Source of the DNA: a virus
Length of the DNA stretch: 64,000 nt
IMG/VR virus record: IMGVR_UViG_3300027769_000020
Coordinates: 1-64,000 of that record
Reading direction: 5' to 3' (one strand)
A program made the translations under genes and the position numbers. Numbering within the stretch: position 1 is the first letter of the stretch; each line of letters begins with the position of its first letter. Below the pieces are notes generated by a model. It was not told the origin of the DNA. It worked only from the letters and a program-made list of their open reading frames with translations, and made no database searches. Positions 28,456 through 35,630 of this stretch are shown here, one piece after another.

Positions 28456-28492
28456 AGTGTGTAATTTTTAATTAAATTAAGTTAGAAAATGG

Positions 28493-28633
28493 TTGCCTTG
28501 CGCAGCAAGCATGGGGGGTACCACCTCTGGCTTCAGGGGGTGGGGGTGTTGTAGTAGGGGTCCATCACAAAGCCCTACATATATAAATTCCCCTAGCCGT
28601 AAGTTCATCACACCTGGGGTGAAAATAACCCGC
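28493..28633. other. GC-rich island at the divergence of the two arms
   Basis: G-tracts G6/G5/G5/G4 and hairpins in an AT-rich genome. Confidence 0.6.
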
Positions 28634-28663
28634 AAAAGTTATTGTGTATTGTACCAATGTTAT

Positions 28664-28735
28664 TATATTTGTACTAATTAGTTTTTAAATTTTATTGTTA
28701 TCATTAATCCTCAGATGTATGTCTGGGGATTTTTG
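28664..28735 (+). ncRNA. Promoter-short U-rich RNA-terminator unit 1
   Basis: TATATTTG, ~30 nt, AATCCTCAGA-TGTATG-TCTGGGGATT-TTT. Confidence 0.45.
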
Positions 28736-28744
28736 TTTAAGATA

Positions 28745-28935
28745 TTACTCCTGTGTTCAAGTAGCACAGGTCCAGTACCAGTTAAGCATCCCATAAGATC
28801 TGCTTGTTGGTCTTCTCTGCTCAGGAAAGTGGAATTGATTTATAGGTGTAAACGCGTTACCTCTATAAGCAACCATATAACTGCAGCAACCCCAAGTAAG
28901 TTTCTCTGATCAGGAAATACTGCTTGGGTTTTTTT
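28745..28935 (+). ncRNA. Candidate structured RNA
   Basis: Serial hairpins ending in CCCAAG..CTTGGG-T7 terminator; no credible ORF. Confidence 0.4.
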
Positions 28936-28964
28936 ATTTATATTTACAAGATAAAATTAATATT

Positions 28965-29303
28965 ATGAGACACGTAGAAAAAGCATTATTAAAATACAAT
29001 GAAGAGAATAATGAGAAATGGACACAGTTCATTCAAATTGAAAATGCAGAGGATGTAAAAGATGTAGCACCTGTAGTAAAATTTACAATACAATCTGATC
29101 CAATTAGTGAAGTAGGGGTTAATGGAGTACAAGCATTAGATATGTTAAAGTATGTTAAGTGTTTATTTGAAAGTTTAAATGATGCATTTCCATGTAAAGA
29201 AAATGTTTTGAGTATTACAAAAATTGAAGAAGCTATTCACTGGCAAGATGCTAGAACTAAAGATAGACAACGTAGACAAGTAGAAGGTCATAATAAAAAG
29301 TAA
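28965..29303 (+). CDS. tad1: Tad1-like immune-signal sponge (anti-Thoeris/CBASS)
   Basis: IQSDPISEVGVNG...D.L......L...FPCKEN...ITKIEEAIHW...RT.DR.RR.VEG matches the recalled Tad1 C-terminal signature. Confidence 0.75.
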   Translation: MRHVEKALLKYNEENNEKWTQFIQIENAEDVKDVAPVVKFTIQSDPISEVGVNGVQALDMLKYVKCLFESLNDAFPCKENVLSITKIEEAIHWQDARTKDRQRRQVEGHNKK

Positions 29304-29312
29304 ATAGTTACT

Positions 29313-29579
29313 ATGAAGTTATATATTGAGAAACCTAAAACTGTTGCTGCTATGCAATGGGATGGTACAGAGAAGATGGCTATTGAGATTTCTAGTGATG
29401 AGAAATTTGAAGGTATGTTGGATTACAGGCAGAGAAAATTTTTTGCATTCTGGATGTATGACGGGGATAGAGAATATAGAGTGCATGAGGGGGACTATAT
29501 ATTAAAGGATTGGAATGGGACTTATTCTATGGTACCAAAAAAATTATTTGAAAAATCTTTTGAAGAAGTCAAAGAATAA
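29313..29579 (+). CDS. Phage protein of KKP..(V/I)EA.QWDG...GDYI....G....(F/Y)E family
   Basis: Motif pattern. Confidence 0.65.
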   Translation: MKLYIEKPKTVAAMQWDGTEKMAIEISSDEKFEGMLDYRQRKFFAFWMYDGDREYRVHEGDYILKDWNGTYSMVPKKLFEKSFEEVKE

Positions 29580-29685
29580 TTATTATATTTGTTGAGCTGA
29601 TAAGTGTTTACGGTTCATTTATTTTGTGATTAAAAGTTATATCTAAAAAGTAAGCTCTAGTTAATTCTTAGGGCTTATTTTTTTT
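29559..29685 (+). ncRNA. Promoter-short RNA-terminator unit 2
   Basis: TTTG-N21-TATATTTG (Bacteroidota sigma consensus), ~55 nt, TAAGCTCTA..TAGGGCTTA-T8. Confidence 0.5.
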
Positions 29686-29698
29686 AAAAAGGAAAAGC

Positions 29699-30655
29699 AT
29701 GGCAATTTTTGATTATCATTACAGACAGGTATTGAAAGATATCTACTGGAAAGGGTTTGTATATGAAGACCCTAACAGAAAAGGAGTAGAAAGAAAGCAG
29801 ATAGCAAAAGCTACTCTAAGTTGTAACCCACATGAAGGCTTCCCTGCCTTGACTACAAAGCAAGTTTATTTTAAAGGTGCAGTAGCAGAGTTATTATTTT
29901 TTATGTCAGGTTCTACTGATATAAGAAACTTGTGGAAAATGGATGTAAGATTCTGGGATAAGGATTGGGCACGTTATCATAAGTTTACTGATGAAACTAT
30001 TAAGTACTTATATAATGCATGGGAGTATTCTGAAATAGATGATAGAATGAATAGGTTACCAGATTCATTATATGATATGGGTAAGGTATATCCTTATCAA
30101 TGGAGAAAGGCTAATGGTGTAGATCAGTTATATAATCTTGCATTTAATATGGTCACTAATCCTATGTCAACATCATTGATTGTTAACTCATGGAATGCTG
30201 GTGATTTAGTTGATATGTGTTTGCCTCCGTGTCATTATTCATTTCAAGTAATGTGCCAACCAGTAGGTAAAACATATGTGTTTAGAATTATATGGGACCA
30301 AAGGTCTACAGATTTTTTCTTAGGTACTCCGGTGAACATGATGTTCTATACCTTACTAGGTCATGTACTAGAAGCATTGACAGGATATAAATGTATAGAG
30401 GTATCAGGTGAATTAAAGAATGTACACATATATGATAACCAAATGGATGTAGTAAAGGAACAGTTAGACCGTCCAGTTGATACATATGGTGAGAGTAAAC
30501 TTGTATTAGATAAATCTAAATTTAAAATATTTATTCAAAATCCTACAAGTTTAAACTTTGATTATGTAATAAAATCATTATCTTTATCAGACTTTAAGTT
30601 GGAGGGATATGCAAGTTATCCAAAACTTAAAGTAGAAATGTTAAGTTATAATTAA
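29699..30655 (+). CDS. thyA: Thymidylate synthase (ThyA family, divergent)
   Basis: FPALTTK; ELLFF; LPPCH; QRSTDFFLG.P.N; HIY. Confidence 0.9.
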   Translation: MAIFDYHYRQVLKDIYWKGFVYEDPNRKGVERKQIAKATLSCNPHEGFPALTTKQVYFKGAVAELLFFMSGSTDIRNLWKMDVRFWDKDWARYHKFTDETIKYLYNAWEYSEIDDRMNRLPDSLYDMGKVYPYQWRKANGVDQLYNLAFNMVTNPMSTSLIVNSWNAGDLVDMCLPPCHYSFQVMCQPVGKTYVFRIIWDQRSTDFFLGTPVNMMFYTLLGHVLEALTGYKCIEVSGELKNVHIYDNQMDVVKEQLDRPVDTYGESKLVLDKSKFKIFIQNPTSLNFDYVIKSLSLSDFKLEGYASYPKLKVEMLSYN

Positions 30656-30667
30656 AAATTAAAGAGT

Positions 30668-30958
30668 ATGAGTACAGTGTTTAAGAGTCTAAAAGGACGT
30701 AGAATCTTGGTTAACCAACCAGAGATGAAAGAATCAGCAATTGAATTGACTGAGAAAGATAAAAGTCTTATTGAGCAAGAAGCTATGAAAAAGTGGACAA
30801 GATTAGAAGTGTTTGCAACAGGTGAAGAAGTATCTGGAGTAAAAGCTGGTGATCATGTTTACATTTCAGTTAATGCTATTAAAGGAGCTGAAGTAATTGA
30901 AGTAGAAGAAAGCATCAAACTTATGTTGAGTGAGTATGATGTTGCAATTGTTTGGTAA
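30668..30958 (+). CDS. groES: GroES-like co-chaperonin
   Basis: L.GRRILV; V.ATG.EV..VKAGD.V; L.EYDV. Confidence 0.75.
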   Translation: MSTVFKSLKGRRILVNQPEMKESAIELTEKDKSLIEQEAMKKWTRLEVFATGEEVSGVKAGDHVYISVNAIKGAEVIEVEESIKLMLSEYDVAIVW

Positions 30959-30959
30959 G

Positions 30960-31385
30960 ATGGCTGATTTAGTTTGTGATGCATACAAGAGGATGATTTC
31001 AAAACCTGAGACATCCAATACATATGATAAGAGTCTGAGAATTATGGCTGAGATTGCTGCAAATAAAACTAATGCAATGTACAAAGATTATATCAGGAAA
31101 ACTGAGTCTAGTCTTTATGTAGGCAAAGATTCTTTTGCAGGTCAAAAACCTACAGCAGTTACAGTACCTGGCACCGCAATAAGACCAAACCATTACGGTG
31201 GAGAGAATAGTACTTATGAAGTATTCAATGTACTAGAAGCATGGGGATTAGATAAAGACTTTTACTTAGGTAATGTTATTAAGTATATTGCAAGAGCAGG
31301 TAAGAAAGATCCTGCTAAAGAAATAGAAGATCTTGAAAAAGCTGAGGTGTATTTAAAAAGAAGAATAGCTGAATTAAAAAAATAA
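30960..31385 (+). CDS. DUF3310 (SaV / T7 gp1.7-like) protein
   Basis: PNHY..., FYLGNVIKY..RAGKK....EDL.KA..YL. Confidence 0.8.
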   Translation: MADLVCDAYKRMISKPETSNTYDKSLRIMAEIAANKTNAMYKDYIRKTESSLYVGKDSFAGQKPTAVTVPGTAIRPNHYGGENSTYEVFNVLEAWGLDKDFYLGNVIKYIARAGKKDPAKEIEDLEKAEVYLKRRIAELKK

Positions 31386-31417
31386 TATTTACTGTGTGCT
31401 ATGTAAAATATTATATA

Positions 31418-31495
31418 TACATTAGCACTCCTTTTTATTCTCAGTTTTCGCTGGCTGATTAATCCCAATGAGTTAAATACTTGTTGGGATTTTTT
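31418..31495 (+). ncRNA. Promoter-short U-rich RNA-terminator unit 3
   Basis: TACATTAG box, ~35 nt, AATCCCAA..TTGGGATT-TTTT. Confidence 0.4.
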
Positions 31496-31497
31496 AT

Positions 31498-31577
31498 TAT
31501 ATTTGTCCATCAATTTTTTTAAATTTATACTTTTAGGTAAGGAGATCCCGGATTAATAATCTGGGATTTTGTTTTTT
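31498..31577 (+). ncRNA. Promoter-short U-rich RNA-terminator unit 4
   Basis: TATATTTG, ~38 nt, ATCCCGGAT..ATCTGGGAT-TTTGTTTTTT. Confidence 0.45.
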
Positions 31578-31590
31578 ATATTATTATTAT

Positions 31591-31599
31591 GTATATTAT
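31591..31599 (+). promoter_or_regulatory. Putative late promoter box GTATATTAT
   Basis: Also at 34636, 41181 and 60545, each ~28-40 nt before a structural/lysis gene start. Confidence 0.5.
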
Positions 31600-31628
31600 A
31601 GATATATGTGTAATTAAAAAAAAGAAAC

Positions 31629-32468
31629 ATGGATATTTTAAATATTATAAGCTGGATTAAAAATAAACGCTATGTAACAAGTGTTGACCCAGCAACAACA
31701 CTAATGCCTATTGGATTAAAAGATGACCGTAGAGATGATGGTTATTTAGCAGGAGTTATTACAGTAGAAAATTTAGCTGCACAGTTAGGTGGAAATAAAT
31801 TAGTTGATGATACTAGAGAAGTTGTATTAACTGATAATGCAGGATATGCAGAATTAACATTCAATACTGGTTCTGCAATAATTCAAACTTCAGGAGTTAA
31901 TGCTGATTTAACAATTAGTACTTTAAGTGGAGATGATATTATTCTTGAATCTGGGGATGATATTAGATTACAAGGTGATGTTGGTCTTTTTGATGATGAA
32001 ACTGAAGGTGGAGATATAAATATCTATGCTGGAAATGGTTCTGATGGTAATACAGCTAATGCAGGATCTGGTGGAGATATTAGAATTGAAGCAGGTGATG
32101 CTGGTAACAGTATATCAGGTTCTCAAGGAGAAGGTGGTTTTGTAACTATTCAAGCTGGTTATACTTCAACAACTGGTTTATCAGGAGGAGATATTAGTCT
32201 TTATCCAGGTAACAGTATAGATGGTAAACATGGTGATGTTATTATTCAAGGTAACTTTACATGGACATTTTCTACAAGTAATGCAATACTTTTATTTCCT
32301 GCAGTAACTTTAGCTACATTACCAAGTGCAGCTGGAGTACCTGGAGCAAGAGCTATGATTGCTGATTCTAATGTACCAGCACCAGGAAACTTTGGAGCAA
32401 TTGCTGCAACAGGAGGTTCTGCTGTAGTTCCAGTATTTTCAGATGGTGTAAATTGGTTAATAGGTTAA
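31629..32468 (+). CDS. Virion fibre protein 1 (shared N-terminal anchor; GG.I.I.AG repeats)
   Basis: N-terminus paralogous to next two genes; C-terminal VPVFSDG.NW. Confidence 0.7.
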   Translation: MDILNIISWIKNKRYVTSVDPATTLMPIGLKDDRRDDGYLAGVITVENLAAQLGGNKLVDDTREVVLTDNAGYAELTFNTGSAIIQTSGVNADLTISTLSGDDIILESGDDIRLQGDVGLFDDETEGGDINIYAGNGSDGNTANAGSGGDIRIEAGDAGNSISGSQGEGGFVTIQAGYTSTTGLSGGDISLYPGNSIDGKHGDVIIQGNFTWTFSTSNAILLFPAVTLATLPSAAGVPGARAMIADSNVPAPGNFGAIAATGGSAVVPVFSDGVNWLIG

Positions 32469-32488
32469 TAATAAAAAATAAATAAAGC

Positions 32489-33241
32489 ATGGATGTTTTA
32501 AATATAATTTCCTGGATTAAAGGAAAAAGACAAGTAACAGCTGTTGACCCAGCTTTGACAGTAATTCCATTAGGAGTTAAAGATAATAAAAGAGGTGATG
32601 GATATATTCCAGTAACTATAACTGTAGAAGATTTTGCAGGTTCAGTTGCACCTACTTTATATGATAGTAAAGATAATATATTTATTGGAGAAAATGTATT
32701 TAATGACCTTAGTGATGTTGATAAAACAGAAAATATTGCAATTGGTACAAATGCATTACGAAACACTGTAAATGCACAAAATATTGGTATTGGTTCAGAC
32801 ACATTACGCACTAATACTGAAGGTTTTCAAAATATAGCAATTGGTAATAGCAGTTTATTATTAAACACTACTGGTGAAAATAATATAGGAATCGGTGTAG
32901 TATCAATGTTATTTAGCACTACCAGTAGAAACAATGTTGCTATTGGATCATTTGCATTATTTGATATTACTACTGGTCGCGATAATGTTGCAGTAGGTTT
33001 AAATGCTTTAGGTGGTTTAACTACCGGTTCATATAATACAGGTATAGGTTATGAAACATATGCTGGAAATTACAGTTCTTGTGTATTATTAGGTAGAAGA
33101 GCGCAGGCTACAGGTAATAATCAATTTGTAGTAGGTTCAGTTGGTGATCCAGCAGGTTCAGTAACAAATGAAGTAAACACATCTAGTAAAGTATGGAATG
33201 TGGTTATCAATGGTGTATCTAGAAAAATTTTATTAGCATAA
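32489..33241 (+). CDS. Virion fibre protein 2 (N.AIG..AL beta-roll repeats)
   Basis: 14-residue adhesin-like repeats. Confidence 0.7.
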   Translation: MDVLNIISWIKGKRQVTAVDPALTVIPLGVKDNKRGDGYIPVTITVEDFAGSVAPTLYDSKDNIFIGENVFNDLSDVDKTENIAIGTNALRNTVNAQNIGIGSDTLRTNTEGFQNIAIGNSSLLLNTTGENNIGIGVVSMLFSTTSRNNVAIGSFALFDITTGRDNVAVGLNALGGLTTGSYNTGIGYETYAGNYSSCVLLGRRAQATGNNQFVVGSVGDPAGSVTNEVNTSSKVWNVVINGVSRKILLA

Positions 33242-33265
33242 TAATTAACATAAAAATAAATAGAA

Positions 33266-34168
33266 ATGGATGTTTTAAATTTTATATCTTGGCTTAAATC
33301 TAAAAGACAAGTTACAACAGTAGATGCTTCTCAAACCTTAATCCCATTAGGTTTAAAAGATGCAAGAAGAGGTGATGCATATTTACCAGGTGCTATATCA
33401 GTAGAGGATTTATTAGCTTTATCACCAGGACTTCCTAGTTTTGTTGAATATAATGAAACAAATAAAACATTATGGAATAATGGAATAACTAATAATAGTG
33501 CAAATACTTCATTTGGTGAGGGAGCATTAACAGGTAGTCCAGATTCATATGTTACGGCAATTGGTCATAATGCAGTAAGAATTGGAACAGGTGGTGATAA
33601 TACAGGTATAGGTGCATATGCTTTAGGTAATTTAGTAGCGGCTTCTAGAAATACAGCAGTTGGTTCATTTGCATTAGCTGGTGATCTTACAGGTAGCAAT
33701 AATGTAGCCATTGGAGCAACAGTTTTAGCAACTACTACTTCAGGTTTTTGTAATGTTGGAATTGGATATCAAGCATTAATATTTAATACAACAGGTAGTC
33801 GTAATGTTTCTATAGGAGAAATAAGTAACTATGCTAATACAACAGGTGTTAATAATACATCACTTGGAGCTTACAGTAATCTTTCAAATACAGTAGGTTC
33901 TTTTAATGTTGCTATAGGATATAATTCATTAAGTGGTAATACTTCTGGTAATTATAATGCATGTTTAGGTTCACTAACAAGTTCTAATAATTTTTCAGGT
34001 TCTGTTATATTAGGTTCAAATGCAATTGCTACTGGAAATAATCAATTTGTAGTAGGATCTAATTCATATAATGCTGGAGCAATTGCTACTGAAGCATTAG
34101 TACCAACTAAATCATGGACTGTTAAAATTAATGGTGTTGACTATAAAATTCCATTACAAGTTGCATAA
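33266..34168 (+). CDS. Virion fibre protein 3 (N.AIG..AL beta-roll repeats)
   Basis: 14-residue adhesin-like repeats. Confidence 0.7.
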   Translation: MDVLNFISWLKSKRQVTTVDASQTLIPLGLKDARRGDAYLPGAISVEDLLALSPGLPSFVEYNETNKTLWNNGITNNSANTSFGEGALTGSPDSYVTAIGHNAVRIGTGGDNTGIGAYALGNLVAASRNTAVGSFALAGDLTGSNNVAIGATVLATTTSGFCNVGIGYQALIFNTTGSRNVSIGEISNYANTTGVNNTSLGAYSNLSNTVGSFNVAIGYNSLSGNTSGNYNACLGSLTSSNNFSGSVILGSNAIATGNNQFVVGSNSYNAGAIATEALVPTKSWTVKINGVDYKIPLQVA

Positions 34169-34206
34169 TAAAAAATAAATATATTAACTTTATAAAAAAA
34201 TAAATC

Positions 34207-34425
34207 ATGGCATTAGAATTAACTCCAGAACAAGTAGCAAAATCTGTATCAGCTGCATATGATAGTGTAGCATTAATTACAGAATTAAAAGCAAAAGAAT
34301 CATTAACTGAAGAAGAGGCAGATACATTAAAACGTAATGAAGAGCACATCAGAATTATGTTAGCTAAAGACTTTTTTGTTGCTGCTTTAACTAAAAAGCA
34401 AAACACTGAATTATCTAAAATATGA
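34207..34425 (+). CDS. Small helical protein (possible fibre chaperone)
   Basis: AAYDSV.LI...RN.EHI.IML after fibre genes. Confidence 0.6.
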   Translation: MALELTPEQVAKSVSAAYDSVALITELKAKESLTEEEADTLKRNEEHIRIMLAKDFFVAALTKKQNTELSKI

Positions 34426-34574
34426 GACAAGAGGATGCACAGAAAATTGTAGAACAAGCTTTGAATCAAGCATTTTTAAAAGGAGCATATAGCTTACAAG
34501 ATGCAGCAATGATTACAGAAGCATTAAAAGTTCTATTTACAAGACCTGAATTAGAACTTGTACAAGAAAACTAA
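34422..34574 (+). CDS. Small hypothetical protein (50 aa)
   Basis: Read by hand MRQEDAQKIVEQALNQAF.KGAYSLQDA. Confidence 0.65.
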   Translation: MRQEDAQKIVEQALNQAFLKGAYSLQDAAMITEALKVLFTRPELELVQEN

Positions 34575-34580
34575 AAGCAT

Positions 34581-34609
34581 AAGCCACAGAGATGTGGCTT
34601 TTCTTTTTT
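34581..34609 (+). terminator. Intrinsic terminator
   Basis: AAGCCACA-GAGA-TGTGGCTT then T-run. Confidence 0.75.
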
Positions 34610-34663
34610 ATATTTGTTTATCTAGAAAGTTTTAAGTATATTATTATATATAAATAAATTATT

Positions 34664-35065
34664 ATGTCAGTAGGAGATTTAAAAACATACGGTGGGAAAG
34701 GTACTGATTTTCCTTGGCAATTAAAAATGTTGCTAGGTCAACAAGCAACAGTTGACTTATTAACTGCTATTGCAGCTGGTACAGTTGATGTTGAACCATA
34801 TTTAATTGATCTAGTTAACAATACAGATCCTTCAGAAAGAACACCTAACTTAATTAGAGCTACAGGAGCTGGTACTATTGCACCATTAACATATGATTTT
34901 TCTGTATCTAATGTAGGTGCTGGAAATGGTACAATACTAGGAGGTACAATTAAACCAGGGGAAACATTGAATTTTGCAGCAGGAGCATTGCGTAATTTTT
35001 ATGCAGCTAATTCAATTTCTTATGATGGTACTGGTACTGAATTAGTAATTATCTATAATTCATAA
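34664..35065 (+). CDS. Putative structural protein
   Basis: Late-region ORF. Confidence 0.6.
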   Translation: MSVGDLKTYGGKGTDFPWQLKMLLGQQATVDLLTAIAAGTVDVEPYLIDLVNNTDPSERTPNLIRATGAGTIAPLTYDFSVSNVGAGNGTILGGTIKPGETLNFAAGALRNFYAANSISYDGTGTELVIIYNS

Positions 35066-35069
35066 CATA

Positions 35070-35630
35070 ATGAGTACGCTCATTCAGGTTGATAAATATG
35101 TAAGTAATCCTTATGGATACTTGAGTAGATTGTATACACAAACTAATTCAAGTACTCCTGTTACAAATACTTTAAGTGAATTATCATTACTTGATGGCGG
35201 ACTTGGTACATTAACTGTTCCAGCAAATATGTTTAAAGTAGGAGATAGTTTTCATGCTATTGCTACGGGACATATTTCATCAGTTAATAACCATAAACTT
35301 AGAATTAGAATAAAAACTGATGGTGTAGTTCTAGCAGATACAGGTAATATAACTATGTCAGGATCAACTAATAAACATTGGAAACTTGAAGTTTACTTTA
35401 CAGTAAGAGCAATAGGTGGATCAGGTGTTGCTAAAATTGTTGCAGGAGGAACTTTTATGTATACTAAAGATGCTAGTAATTCATTTGAAGGTACAAATTT
35501 TAGTACTGAAACTACAACTGGTTTTAATACCACAATTAATAATACACTTGTAATTACTGCACAATGGGATACAGCAAACATAGGTGACAGTATTTATTCA
35601 GAAATATTTACTCTAAATAAAACATACTAA
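35070..35630 (+). CDS. Putative fibre/decoration beta-sandwich protein
   Basis: Thr/Gly-rich beta composition. Confidence 0.55.
   Translation: MSTLIQVDKYVSNPYGYLSRLYTQTNSSTPVTNTLSELSLLDGGLGTLTVPANMFKVGDSFHAIATGHISSVNNHKLRIRIKTDGVVLADTGNITMSGSTNKHWKLEVYFTVRAIGGSGVAKIVAGGTFMYTKDASNSFEGTNFSTETTTGFNTTINNTLVITAQWDTANIGDSIYSEIFTLNKTY

Larger units (their letters stand above)
25343..28492 (-). promoter_or_regulatory. 12 copies of putative early promoter motif, consensus CCAT(T/C)TT(T/A/C)TAACT
   Basis: + strand AGTTnnAnAATGG-like 13-mer starting at 25343, 25757, 26164, 26527, 26850, 27079, 27520, 27719, 27887, 28104, 28237, 28480; each lies upstream of a cassette and (except the first) just after a terminator. 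Confidence 0.85.

Noticed and set aside
25343-28492. Early repeat array as a CRISPR array or integron
   Set aside because: Repeats are 13 bp and degenerate, with 130-440 bp spacing containing genes; no cas genes, integrase or attC-like structure
28493-28909. ORFs 28493..28681 and 28715..28909
   Set aside because: Atypical composition, cross promoter/terminator or hairpin elements, no A-rich leader
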